Below, in pieces: positions 36,448-46,689 of a stretch of 64,000 nucleotides of DNA. Source of the stretch: a virus (Duplodnaviria; Heunggongvirae; Uroviricota; Caudoviricetes). Made by a program: the position numbers and the translations under genes. The stretch lies in the IMG/VR virus record IMGVR_UViG_3300029745_000341, positions 1 through 64,000 of that record. One strand, written 5' to 3'. The number at the start of each line of letters is the position of its first letter. Positions within the stretch are counted from its first letter, which is position 1. The notes beneath the pieces are model-generated. The model searched no databases. It was not told the DNA's origin and worked only from the letters and a program-made list of their open reading frames with translations.

Positions 36448-39400
36448 CTATTTGTAACTAACGTCATCGTCTCCTTCCGAATCAGGAGTAGCGCCGATGA
36501 AGAACATCATTGACTTGTTGTTTATCTGCCGCCACCAATTATAGGTGCGCGCTACGTCTTCCGGCGTCTTGATATTATACCATTGTTTGATAAACGTCTG
36601 TTTGGCGAGTTGCCTAAATAGCTTAAACTCTCCTTTGTATGTACCGGATGTTACTTTATCAAGTGAATAATTCCTAAGATCGGTAAGATCCTTCAGCTTC
36701 CTTCCCATAACAAACGGGTCGTTAATGATATCTACAACGTTAAGCTCCATAATAAACGGCATCTGTGAAGCTATTTCGTTTATGGTTCTGAATCCAATGT
36801 AAGATCCAAATTGAGTAAGCCAACTTTCTTCGTTTTCATCATCATCACGCCATCCGGCAAGAAGCATGGATACGGCTTGCATGATAAGGAACGTGCCGGC
36901 ATAGACACTGAGGCGTTTGAGATTAGTTTTTTCTACCTCATCCATATTGTCTTTATTTTCGTTCCAGGCATCTATGATGTTTTTCATACCAGACTCGGAA
37001 GCCAGGCTAAATGTTTTGGCTATCATATTCTTTAACGTAATTGACAACCCTTCCTCTTCTTGCATTGTTTGGAAATTGAAGCCACGTCTTTTCCACAGAC
37101 GTTGAGCCGCCAGCACCAACCATCCTCGGTGGGCGATCATGAACCTGGCTATCCAGTTGCGCGATGCGGCAGTTCGGTTTTCTTCATTCAAAGATCCGTT
37201 ACATATCTGCGACAAGCTACGGACTTGATTCCTGGTTATAGCCATCTGGGTTTCAACTTCCTCAACAGTAACACCCGATCCTGGCTTTACAACCACCTTC
37301 CCATCCACGACGTCTACCATACTCCATAAAGTACGATCTTTTAATGCATTCCATTCTCTTTTTATGGTACTCTGTTCTTTATTGCGTTCTTTTTCCATCT
37401 TGAAATCTTGGAACGTGTAGAACCGACCTTTGTAATAACGAACATTGTCCATAGTAGCAATCATAACCTGCGGATTAAGAGGGTAGTTCAGGATTTCCAT
37501 AAAAGCATACATAGGTGAACGCATTAAGGTCCTGGCCACTCTATTGTATCCGGCACCATACATACGATTTCGGATATTGAATATCCCCATTCTCTCACCT
37601 ATGACATATAATTTGCTTTTCCTATCTATGTCTCCGGTTTCTGCTATACAAGATGGAGCAAGGCGTGAAAATTCAGCCGATGCGTATTTAAGGGAATCTT
37701 TACTTATATACTGTCCTACGGCAGATTCCATGATGAGGTTGATATGACTTGTTAAGGCGCCGGTAGCTGCCACAAACGGGGACAGTGCCAAGTTCATGGT
37801 CGACATAAATCTTTCAACAGCCATCATAATTCTTGTAAGGTCTACCGTATATCCTCCGATGTTCACCGTAAGTTTTTTGGTGTTCATCCTAATGCCATAA
37901 TAATGATCGTTGAAGAAGTCCCTGAACATCTGATATGCTTGGGTTGCTTCAGCCTTTTTACCACCTTCAAATTGTTTATTCAGTAACATCTGCTCCAGTC
38001 CTTGAGCGAGCTCTATAGACTTCTGCTTTTCGTTGTATAACGATGACTGCATCATAAGCATCGAATAAGAGTAGCCAAAATCGTGAGATACATTATCTTG
38101 GTTCTCCAATTCATATATGTAGTATTTAGGTATAGACCTAAGTCTGTCTTCCGGATCATACACTTCTCCTTGCCTGGTTTTACCGTATAAAGAATTGTCT
38201 ACTTTGTCCAGGCACAGATCTGATACAAAATTACGAACCGTATTTTTGAAGTTAATACCCAATCCTTCTATACGTTCTATATCTTGTTTTGATATCTGTG
38301 GAATAGCATACAGGTTCGGGCTCTGCTCTTTGTATAGATCAAGGGATTGTCTTTTTATTTCCTTGAGTTTTTGAATCATATTCCACTGCTCTACGTTTTT
38401 AGTAGCAACTTCATTACCGTCAGCATCATACTTGATACCAAAGTCATTGAAATAAGATTCATCACGATACAGGCTTTTCTTAGGCATTCGATGACCATAC
38501 CCATGATCTTTTACATAATCAGGATTACGGCCGTTATTTTCGGCTTCAGATTCAGCCACCCATGCCCTTGCAGGATCGAAAGACAGGTACGATATGTTCA
38601 TGCCATAATCTTGGGTGGATGTACCGTTTTGCACGTCCTTAACCATCTGCGCCACATCTATCTCACCTCGACCTATTTTGTCGATCATAGCCGCATATCC
38701 GGTAGGCGCCATGCGTTTATAGTAGGAAAAGACCTGGCCCCTGGCAAATTCATTAACAATAGCATTAGCTTCTTCTACACCCTCTTCTCTTGTATTATTT
38801 AAAAACAAGCTGGCCATCTTAGCATTAACAGCATTCCTGAAATCTCTACCGTCTAATTCTTTGCTTATACCAAGCTTTTCTGACAGGTAGTTGGTTTCAG
38901 ATACGGTAAACAGATATCGGTTATCAGCAGCCTTAAACAGCTTATCCCTTAAAGCCTGAATCCTTTTTGCTTTCTTCGCCGTAGTATGACGTTGTACGAA
39001 CTTCCATTCCACTTCCTTGGAGTCAGCAAGAGCATTTAAATAAGACTGATTTACTTCGTTTTCGGCCTTACTGCTTTTAGTAAGGTACTTATCAATATCT
39101 TCAAGACCCACCATCTTAGCATAATCTATTAAAATAGCGTAATCAGCTTCAATAGCTTCAGATGCGGCCCTAAAAGCATCTCTTTCAGATAAGGTAAATG
39201 TCGCTTCGTTAATTTCTCCGATATCAGCCACATCTCGGTTGTTTCCGATTATTTCCTTGATAATGGCCTTATTTTTTTCTATATCTTTCACAATCGAATC
39301 CACGTTAGTCGCATCTCTATCACTTGTCGTAGAACCAATGATATCATGCGCCATTTTAAGATACGAAGCCTTGTTATTTGATTCGGTACGCGCCGACTGT

Positions 39401-42400
39401 TCCGATTCTACTTCATTCCAAAACCGATCATTGAACGACAGGTGACCTCCCAACATAAGTGTCTTCAGCGCAGCTTCTCCTCCCGACTCGCTCTGAATCG
39501 TTCTTAATTTTTGCAAAAACGATTCTGATACGGCATTGGTAACATTATTTGATTCCTTTCTCCAAACTTCATTTATAGCTTGTATTTCTTTAGCCATCTT
39601 AAGTTGGTCGCCGGTTTTTTCCACTCTCCTGGTTCCTACATATATGTATTCTGAAGCTGCTTCCTTACGTTGTTTACGAAGCAGTCCTTCTTCTTCGTAA
39701 TTGCTGCTTTTAAAATAGGCAACCTCATCAAAATTACCACCGCTATCAATAAAAGGCTGCCTCAATATCCGTTTTTGCCTGGATAGAGCATTAAGGTATT
39801 CTTTGGTTGTTTGAGAAACCGGATACCCTAATTCTTCTTCAGCCTTTTTGTATATGGATTCCATTCTTGTGGCATAACTTTCGCTAAATTCCAGTTCCGA
39901 ATTTTCAGCATCCCACTTTTCCATCTGTTCTGTATAAATCTTTTCCTGCTCGATGGTAAAAATATCGGTATTAACTCTATCAGACGATGGTTTGAATTTA
40001 GCGTTTTCAGTAACCGTATTTCCATCCTTGTCAACTACTTCTCTTTTAAATACGTAATTACGGTCATTGTCAACCACATCACCAATTTCTTCTTCTGATA
40101 TCTCTATGTTCATGGCAGTCGCAAACGCTCGCATCTGCGCCAGCTTCTTATTACGATCGTATTTAGCCATATCAAGAGCACTACGAAGGTAATTAGAAGT
40201 TTTGCCGTCTACTTTCTGAAGCAGTTTTTCAAATTCAGATTTGTTAAAACCATGCTTTTTAGCATATGCCAGGAAGTCGGATATGGCGGGCTGGGCATTC
40301 ACCATCGCATTGTAATTGTCTTTGGCAATCATAGCTCCAAGAGCGTTATTGAACGGGCTGGAGGAATGTTCTAATATACCAAACCACCTACTTATCCAGG
40401 ACACATCATGTTGAACCTTATCAAAGAACTCTTTTACTCTCTTTACCTTATCTGCCGGCACATGAAGTTCGTTCATTAACTTGTCAAGCAACGTACTTTC
40501 ATCAAGATCTTGTACTGATTTAATATCAGACTGAATACCGTTGATGTCGGCAATGACGGTATTGATCCTATTTGTATAATCCTGCTTTTCACGCTCATCA
40601 AATTCGGTACTTCTGTTACGGATATATCCTCGAAGATCGTTCATGATCGGAAGAACCTGGTTGTTGATAATATCTACGTTCTTTTGATCATTGGTATTGA
40701 AATGAAGCTTACCGTCTTTGGTATCACCATGAAGGATGGTGTTCACCACATTGCTTAAGTATCTGACCTGAGCTTCGGCTGTAGAGATCATGCTGTTCAT
40801 GGCAGCCGCCATCTCATTCTTGTCTATTTCGGTCTCTACTTTATTTATCTTATCTTCTATGGTCTTAAGCTGCGCAAGGGTCATAGACGTAGTTACAGCC
40901 CTATCAGAGCTTATCTGACGTAAGTCTCTTAATGTTTTCCTTAATGCCAGGATCTTAGACTCAAGAAACTTGTTCTTGTTCATAGAAGAAAGGGAGTATA
41001 ATGTAAAGTCATTATCCTTTAACAGAGAGGTGTCAAATCCTTTATCTATGTCAGTAATGGCAAGATCACGAATGTTTTTAATAACGTTATTCAAATCTTG
41101 TCTTTGGGTTGATAAAGCTGATTTAAGCCAGCTTACGATTCCAGAGAAAAGCTGCCGGACGCGCCCCAGGAAGGAGGTGGGCTCTACCGGCGCCTGTGCT
41201 GTGCCGGTCTGCATCTCCCTTGCGAGGATCTTTCCAAGAATTTCTCTCCTAACAGCATTATCAAGCTCAGCTCCTTCATATACCTTACCGTATGTATTAT
41301 AATACTGACCTGCATACTGGTTCCACTCTTCCGTACCTTCTACATCTTGCAGAACAGCCTCAACAGCATTCTGATCTCTGTATGCCTCTACAAGGAAGTG
41401 GGCTGTTTCTTCTACTAAATCAGATAAAGTAGCATCTTCACCAACTGCTATTACGTTATTAGCAATATCCGCCAATGCCTTAGCAGAAGGTTCGTGCCCG
41501 TATTTGGTTTGGTACTTCTCTATATAGTCGGTCATACCTATGACACTAACGCCAAGCGTTTTCAGTATCTCGACAATAGAATTTCGTTGGTCACGTTCCT
41601 GCCTGCTATAATCTGATACGATCTTAGCTTTAGTATCAGCATAAAGATCGTTATCTTCTAATATGAATGAAACTACAAGCGCATCAAAATGATCGTACTT
41701 GGCGTCCAATTCATTGTATCTTCCTGACTTAAGATCGTTCTTTATCTGTTCCCTACTAACCCTTTCCGTTCCTCCGGTGGCGAGTCTCATAGTTACCTTA
41801 CTGTTATCCAACGAGCTTATGGTTATCATACCTTGGTCGTTCATGGAAACATCGGAACCAAAATGATTACGGAGCTCGGTGTATGATAAGGCTGAATTGA
41901 AAAGTCTAATTTGTCCTGTATAACCTTCTCCTGTAAGATAATAGCTTCTTGTTTCAGAATCGAATATCTTAGATCCTGACAAAAGACCTTTCTTTATAAG
42001 GTAGTTAATTATCCCGCCTTTTGTTGATAAAGAAGTAGAAGCAGAAGCGGTCATGACCGGTATAAAAGACTTGGGATTATTAAGAACATACTTTCCAGCT
42101 TTGTAAGTAATGTCTGCCACGCCATCCACGGTAGATTCTTGAACGGTTCCTGATAAGAATCCTATTCTAATATCATTCCCGCCAGAGCGAAGAGCTTCTC
42201 CGTAATCTTCAAATAATTGACTACGATCGTTCATGAAAAACAAACGAGGCTCTCCAGTCTGATACGTTACACCCACAGGATTAGAATCTGTTTCTGGTAG
42301 CTCTTCTGGGCTAAATATCTTAAGACCGTCTTTTATAACCATATAATTAACACCCTTATCCTGTACCATAGATACGGGAGTGAAGTCTGAAGATATGGTA

Positions 42401-42870
42401 TCTTGTAGATACTGCCCGGCGTCTATTCCAGGTCCTTCCGGTACGGAAATACTTGACGGGACCATAGCATCCACCAACATAATATTATCACCCAGATTTT
42501 GGCTGTAGAATCCAAAGCCCGATTCTTGGATTTCATAAGGTGCATCTGATTTTGACACAAGAACAGGGTTACTCATCTTAGAAGCCTTATCCAGCACCCT
42601 TTCCCTATAGGCTTCCGGAATAAGATCGATGTTGGATTTCACCTTATTGTAGGCCTGTTTATTAACAGGTACATTCCTTCTCCAGTCGCCAAAAGCCTTT
42701 AAGAACTTATTAGAAAATACGGTTTTAAAAACAGTAGTAGCCCGTTCCCTGTTCTCCATAAGAGGAATAGATGCTATTTTATCAAACAACATAGACCTGT
42801 CCCCTGATCTGGTAGAGACAGAAACAACTTTCTTTTTATTATCTCTTTTAATAATACACGTTGATGTCAT
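36448..42870 (-). CDS. Giant virion protein (2140 aa), probable tail or ejected cargo protein
   Basis: Uninterrupted 6.4-kb ORF in the late block. Mostly alpha/coiled-coil with a C-terminal hydrophobic segment (SVYAGTFLIMQAVSMLLAGW). No catalytic motif was recognised. Confidence 0.85.
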   Translation of the reverse strand: MTSTCIIKRDNKKKVVSVSTRSGDRSMLFDKIASIPLMENRERATTVFKTVFSNKFLKAFGDWRRNVPVNKQAYNKVKSNIDLIPEAYRERVLDKASKMSNPVLVSKSDAPYEIQESGFGFYSQNLGDNIMLVDAMVPSSISVPEGPGIDAGQYLQDTISSDFTPVSMVQDKGVNYMVIKDGLKIFSPEELPETDSNPVGVTYQTGEPRLFFMNDRSQLFEDYGEALRSGGNDIRIGFLSGTVQESTVDGVADITYKAGKYVLNNPKSFIPVMTASASTSLSTKGGIINYLIKKGLLSGSKIFDSETRSYYLTGEGYTGQIRLFNSALSYTELRNHFGSDVSMNDQGMITISSLDNSKVTMRLATGGTERVSREQIKNDLKSGRYNELDAKYDHFDALVVSFILEDNDLYADTKAKIVSDYSRQERDQRNSIVEILKTLGVSVIGMTDYIEKYQTKYGHEPSAKALADIANNVIAVGEDATLSDLVEETAHFLVEAYRDQNAVEAVLQDVEGTEEWNQYAGQYYNTYGKVYEGAELDNAVRREILGKILAREMQTGTAQAPVEPTSFLGRVRQLFSGIVSWLKSALSTQRQDLNNVIKNIRDLAITDIDKGFDTSLLKDNDFTLYSLSSMNKNKFLESKILALRKTLRDLRQISSDRAVTTSMTLAQLKTIEDKINKVETEIDKNEMAAAMNSMISTAEAQVRYLSNVVNTILHGDTKDGKLHFNTNDQKNVDIINNQVLPIMNDLRGYIRNRSTEFDEREKQDYTNRINTVIADINGIQSDIKSVQDLDESTLLDKLMNELHVPADKVKRVKEFFDKVQHDVSWISRWFGILEHSSSPFNNALGAMIAKDNYNAMVNAQPAISDFLAYAKKHGFNKSEFEKLLQKVDGKTSNYLRSALDMAKYDRNKKLAQMRAFATAMNIEISEEEIGDVVDNDRNYVFKREVVDKDGNTVTENAKFKPSSDRVNTDIFTIEQEKIYTEQMEKWDAENSELEFSESYATRMESIYKKAEEELGYPVSQTTKEYLNALSRQKRILRQPFIDSGGNFDEVAYFKSSNYEEEGLLRKQRKEAASEYIYVGTRRVEKTGDQLKMAKEIQAINEVWRKESNNVTNAVSESFLQKLRTIQSESGGEAALKTLMLGGHLSFNDRFWNEVESEQSARTESNNKASYLKMAHDIIGSTTSDRDATNVDSIVKDIEKNKAIIKEIIGNNRDVADIGEINEATFTLSERDAFRAASEAIEADYAILIDYAKMVGLEDIDKYLTKSSKAENEVNQSYLNALADSKEVEWKFVQRHTTAKKAKRIQALRDKLFKAADNRYLFTVSETNYLSEKLGISKELDGRDFRNAVNAKMASLFLNNTREEGVEEANAIVNEFARGQVFSYYKRMAPTGYAAMIDKIGRGEIDVAQMVKDVQNGTSTQDYGMNISYLSFDPARAWVAESEAENNGRNPDYVKDHGYGHRMPKKSLYRDESYFNDFGIKYDADGNEVATKNVEQWNMIQKLKEIKRQSLDLYKEQSPNLYAIPQISKQDIERIEGLGINFKNTVRNFVSDLCLDKVDNSLYGKTRQGEVYDPEDRLRSIPKYYIYELENQDNVSHDFGYSYSMLMMQSSLYNEKQKSIELAQGLEQMLLNKQFEGGKKAEATQAYQMFRDFFNDHYYGIRMNTKKLTVNIGGYTVDLTRIMMAVERFMSTMNLALSPFVAATGALTSHINLIMESAVGQYISKDSLKYASAEFSRLAPSCIAETGDIDRKSKLYVIGERMGIFNIRNRMYGAGYNRVARTLMRSPMYAFMEILNYPLNPQVMIATMDNVRYYKGRFYTFQDFKMEKERNKEQSTIKREWNALKDRTLWSMVDVVDGKVVVKPGSGVTVEEVETQMAITRNQVRSLSQICNGSLNEENRTAASRNWIARFMIAHRGWLVLAAQRLWKRRGFNFQTMQEEEGLSITLKNMIAKTFSLASESGMKNIIDAWNENKDNMDEVEKTNLKRLSVYAGTFLIMQAVSMLLAGWRDDDENEESWLTQFGSYIGFRTINEIASQMPFIMELNVVDIINDPFVMGRKLKDLTDLRNYSLDKVTSGTYKGEFKLFRQLAKQTFIKQWYNIKTPEDVARTYNWWRQINNKSMMFFIGATPDSEGDDDVSYK

Positions 42871-42893
42871 AGTAAAACATTTTTGTTATGAGA

Positions 42894-42901
42894 CAAAGGT
42901 A
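42894..42901 (-). promoter_or_regulatory. Bacteroidetes-type -7 promoter element (TAccTTTG) 23 nt upstream of the giant gene start
   Basis: The reverse complement of 42894..42901 is TACCTTTG, matching the TAnnTTTG consensus. A -33 TTTG is not clear. Confidence 0.3.
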
Positions 42902-43012
42902 GTTAAAAATCAAGCATATCATAAAAAATAAAGTCACCTAACTTCTCAGTCTGATGGCTTAAAATGATATGAAAAAAAAATTATAATCTGACGAAAAATC
43001 GTCAAGTTCAGC

Positions 43013-43336
43013 TTATATGTAATGCATGTACCCATCTCGGTGAATAAACCTTCCCGATTCAAAGCGCTCAATATCTTCAGGGCAAATAGGGCCCGAATCC
43101 TCTCTCCTGGCTTCAAACCAAAGCCCCGGCTTACGAAGTCGGCAAGTTATGATATAGTTAAAGCAATTGTGCGTAAAATGGAAAACAGATCCTACAGGGA
43201 AATACCTATCAGCTTGAAATACGATTCTTTTTCGTTTAGTATCAAACGTGATATCTCCTACTATCTTAGCCACGTAATAGCTTCTGCCATTTAACGTTTC
43301 ATCTGTTTGTGGTATCCAATAATAACCTCTTGCCAT
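43013..43336 (-). CDS. Hypothetical protein
   Basis: 107-aa ORF. Confidence 0.45.
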   Translation of the reverse strand: MARGYYWIPQTDETLNGRSYYVAKIVGDITFDTKRKRIVFQADRYFPVGSVFHFTHNCFNYIITCRLRKPGLWFEARREDSGPICPEDIERFESGRFIHRDGYMHYI

Positions 43337-43374
43337 GCCACAAATATATGAAAAAGTCGGATAACTTACGTACC

Positions 43375-43686
43375 CTACTCTATTATTTGTTTAAATAGTC
43401 CAATTTCATCTATTTTGACATGACCGCTTTGCATACGACCATTATTAGGATTATGTAGAAAATTGAAACCACTTTCTTTTTCCTGTCTTTCAAAAGAGCT
43501 GATATCCTTTCCTCTACGGGCTCTTTCAAAAGCTTTATTGAACAACTTGCCTCTAAAGGTCTTGACGAGGATCTTGGTAGCGTTATTGCCGGCTCTTACC
43601 ATTGCTTTCCTTGCCCGGTCCTCCGAGACAAAACTGCTTCGGAAAATATACGATGCTGCTGCTTGTATATCTTGTTTAGTAATCAT
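43375..43686 (-). CDS. Hypothetical basic protein
   Basis: 103-aa ORF. Confidence 0.45.
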   Translation of the reverse strand: MITKQDIQAAASYIFRSSFVSEDRARKAMVRAGNNATKILVKTFRGKLFNKAFERARRGKDISSFERQEKESGFNFLHNPNNGRMQSGHVKIDEIGLFKQIIE

Positions 43687-44036
43687 ATGCCAAACATTCC
43701 TTTCAAGATACTATTTTTTATACTATATATCAATTTCATCTCATCTCTATCATATACGCCAAAAAAGGATTCACTGGGGTCCTTTGGATTTACGCTCAGT
43801 TGAATTATACAATTGTAAAGATAGACCTTAAGTTCATAATTATCAGAGTATCTATCCCGTATGGTTTCAAATGTCTTAATTAATTCTTCAACAAGTACTC
43901 TGCTAAATGAAAAAGGTTCTCTACAATCACCTTTAAATATGATATGATTTAAATCATTGGTATTATCAAATTCGTACTCTACCCGACTGTCGTCCATCAT
44001 ATCATAAGTGATTGACTTTTTGATTTTAAATCCCAT
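43683..44036 (-). CDS. Hypothetical protein
   Basis: 117-aa ORF with a 4-nt overlap to the downstream gene. Confidence 0.45.
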   Translation of the reverse strand: MGFKIKKSITYDMMDDSRVEYEFDNTNDLNHIIFKGDCREPFSFSRVLVEELIKTFETIRDRYSDNYELKVYLYNCIIQLSVNPKDPSESFFGVYDRDEMKLIYSIKNSILKGMFGI

Positions 44037-44136
44037 ATTATTTTGTTTTTTTAGTTAATATAGATCTTCTGAATACAATTGTTCTCTAATGGCACTCCTA
44101 TCTACTACCATTTCCTGATTATTGCTCTTAACAAGT

Positions 44137-44421
44137 TCAGATGCTTCCTCTCTTGTTAAAAAATGATTCTTGCTTGTCAAAAAATCCTTGAACACTACAG
44201 TTTTTATGGGCTATACCGTATGCCGCAAGTTGAGATAGTATAGAGGGGTGTCTCAATCCACAGAACACGGTGCCGGATGGTATATTGGTGGGCTGATAGG
44301 GTCGTTTCTTGTCGTCCTGTACCCAGATGGCCGCGCATATCACGATTTCTTTATTACACATGACTATAAATTTAATATTCCGTTTTTGCCAATATGTTTC
44401 TTTTCTTCTTCGGTAGGCCAT
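44137..44421 (-). CDS. Hypothetical protein
   Basis: 94-aa ORF. Overlaps 44364..44639 by 58 nt, so one of the two starts is likely wrong. Confidence 0.35.
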   Translation of the reverse strand: MAYRRRKETYWQKRNIKFIVMCNKEIVICAAIWVQDDKKRPYQPTNIPSGTVFCGLRHPSILSQLAAYGIAHKNCSVQGFFDKQESFFNKRGSI

Positions 44422-44639
44422 TCTTTCTTGAACTTACCGTGCCACGTTCCAGGAACTACCACCACTTCGCCTCCCTTACTATATTCAATAGCGGCACATT
44501 CAGAACAAAGAGGCTTGCCTTCATATCCCTTTAGCGACTTATCGTAAATACGATTCTTACAAGGTCTTATAAGAGCCCAGTAATATGATGTGGCTGTATT
44601 ATCTATACAGCCACATTTTGAACATACAAACAAACTCAT
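44364..44639 (-). CDS. Four-cysteine zinc-ribbon protein
   Basis: 91-aa ORF with CSKCGC...CSEC. Confidence 0.4.
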   Translation of the reverse strand: MSLFVCSKCGCIDNTATSYYWALIRPCKNRIYDKSLKGYEGKPLCSECAAIEYSKGGEVVVVPGTWHGKFKKEWPTEEEKKHIGKNGILNL

Positions 44640-45502
44640 CCCGCAATCTCCCAGTCATTAGACATAATATCATGTTCGGTTGGATTCCAATTTGATGCTA
44701 CTTTTTGACCTGTATCTACCATCAATATATTTACGTCAGACATACAGATATACTTTTTACCCCAATCGATTCTTTTTATCTTACGACCTAATTTAAGCCG
44801 TTGTAAAGCCTGTTCGAATGTCATGCCACGACGAGGCAGTTTGAGATACTTTTTAAGTCTGTCGGCAGCTTCATTTGGTGTATGGCCATCGTATTCGAAA
44901 GCGGTTTCTCTTTCAGGAACATCAAACAAATCCCAGTATTTGCTTTCATAGTGATTAGATACCTGACCGGTAGGTAGGATCGCCATCACAATAAACCAAT
45001 CATCAGAACCGAAGCATTTTTCTCCGTCGCTGTGTCTCCTTGATTTGCAAACTTCAACCTGTCCGCTTCTGGCTAATAGATTAAAGAAGGCAGCGTTATA
45101 CAACATGCGATACCTATACAATTCATTGAAAGTGTGGTATCCGTCAGAGACTTCTCCCACGTCTACAGGCTTCTTGTTTTGAATACTACCCAAAATATTC
45201 TCTATATAGAGCTGTATTTTATACATACCCATTTCGGTGTGGCCGTATTTGTTCAAGATATTATTGACATCGTATTGTATATTAAAATCTTTTTCAAATT
45301 CTACTTCAGGATGATTCGGATAGAAGTAGTCCACTGATGCTTCTAACACTGACTTTACGTGTTCTATTATCCTCGCAACATCATCATGTTTAAAAAAATG
45401 CTTAAATCTTTCAACGAATTTAATATCTTCGTTGATTGCTGATTCGAACTCTTCTTTTGTCATCACTCTAATTACATCTTTTTTTAAATCGTCTAATCCC
45501 AT
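44636..45502 (-). CDS. Protein with C-terminal DUF2829 (Tad2-like) domain
   Basis: C-terminal MTFEQALQRLKLGRKIKRIDWGKKYI...WNPTEHDIMSNDWEI matches the DUF2829 pattern (F.EAL..lk.Gkk..R.gW...W.P...D.la.DWei). The roughly 220-aa N-terminal part is unknown. Confidence 0.55.
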   Translation of the reverse strand: MGLDDLKKDVIRVMTKEEFESAINEDIKFVERFKHFFKHDDVARIIEHVKSVLEASVDYFYPNHPEVEFEKDFNIQYDVNNILNKYGHTEMGMYKIQLYIENILGSIQNKKPVDVGEVSDGYHTFNELYRYRMLYNAAFFNLLARSGQVEVCKSRRHSDGEKCFGSDDWFIVMAILPTGQVSNHYESKYWDLFDVPERETAFEYDGHTPNEAADRLKKYLKLPRRGMTFEQALQRLKLGRKIKRIDWGKKYICMSDVNILMVDTGQKVASNWNPTEHDIMSNDWEIAG

Positions 45503-45515
45503 GATTTATTTTAAA

Positions 45516-46157
45516 TTAGTTGTTATTATACTTTTTTATCCTACAATACAAATCCAATAAGAACTCAGCAGAAAAACCATCCCATGCATTATTCTGCCAA
45601 ATATCTACTTTGTTAATAAACCAAAACCATGTGGGACCCTCATATGAAGAATCAGATGATGATCCCAATCCGATTTTCTCCATTTCATTCGCCACATCAG
45701 AATAAGGATCTAAAATGACTCCCCTAATCATGTTAATAATATCATCCTTGTCTAACATAAATTGAAACCGCTCCTTGTTAGTAGGCGGATCTTGATTCAA
45801 TTTACCAGTCGCAAGCCATTCTCCATCATGATACAATTCGGCAAGTTTCTTTACCTTATTTTTAAGAAAAGAATACTCTTGTATGACTTCTATAAAATCA
45901 GCTTCGTTAGCTTTACCTTCTATAAAGATAACGGTTTTGCTTCCAGGTCTATGATCGTCTAAGCTTGCCGGGATTCCTAATATCGTCCATCCTTTAAACT
46001 CAGCTATCTTAAAACGCATGACATCAAACACCTTATAAAAATCATCACAATCTACAGATTCTATTACCTTAACATCCTCTTCCGTAAATTTACCTCGTAT
46101 TGAAATAACATGATGACCAGGGCAGCCATCGGTTCCGAAATATGCGATTCTAACCAC
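45516..46157 (-). CDS. Hypothetical protein
   Basis: 213-aa ORF. Confidence 0.5.
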   Translation of the reverse strand: MVRIAYFGTDGCPGHHVISIRGKFTEEDVKVIESVDCDDFYKVFDVMRFKIAEFKGWTILGIPASLDDHRPGSKTVIFIEGKANEADFIEVIQEYSFLKNKVKKLAELYHDGEWLATGKLNQDPPTNKERFQFMLDKDDIINMIRGVILDPYSDVANEMEKIGLGSSSDSSYEGPTWFWFINKVDIWQNNAWDGFSAEFLLDLYCRIKKYNNN

Positions 46158-46177
46158 GATATTTACAATATTTTAAT

Positions 46178-46393
46178 TTATTTTGCTAAAACATTCATAT
46201 AACATGGCACATCTACCACATCTCTTCTACGAAGTCCCTTATCAAAATAAGAAACTATATAAGTGTTTTTACCTTCGTGATCAGGCCTGGGATCGAAACA
46301 TTCAAAAACGAATCTTGTTACACCTTCCAAATAACCAAGCATGAAAACAAATTCGCCACCGTATCTTTTATTAGCTAATTCTTCTACGGTCAT
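46178..46393 (-). CDS. Hypothetical protein
   Basis: 71-aa ORF. Confidence 0.4.
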   Translation of the reverse strand: MTVEELANKRYGGEFVFMLGYLEGVTRFVFECFDPRPDHEGKNTYIVSYFDKGLRRRDVVDVPCYMNVLAK

Positions 46394-46617
46394 AATCTGT
46401 CCCCTCCTAATCCTGAATTGATGCTAACGTACTTAACACGGACATCATTTCCACGTCCAAGCTGACCCCAGCCGGGCGATGGCGTTCCCTTGGCCGGAGC
46501 AGGGACAGCCCTAAGACGAGACCAGTCCTGCTTTTGCCTCATGGCTTCAGCCTCTTTGTAATACCGGTTACACAGTTCTTGATCTTCGTAACCAACGTAA
46601 TCTTCCTTATTTTCCAT
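46390..46617 (-). CDS. Hypothetical protein
   Basis: 75-aa ORF with an ATGA overlap. Confidence 0.4.
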   Translation of the reverse strand: MENKEDYVGYEDQELCNRYYKEAEAMRQKQDWSRLRAVPAPAKGTPSPGWGQLGRGNDVRVKYVSINSGLGGDRL

Positions 46618-46689
46618 ATAGAATATTTTTTCAACAAAAGTACGACATTTATGAATTAATTAGATTTAAAATAAAACAATATGAATTAA

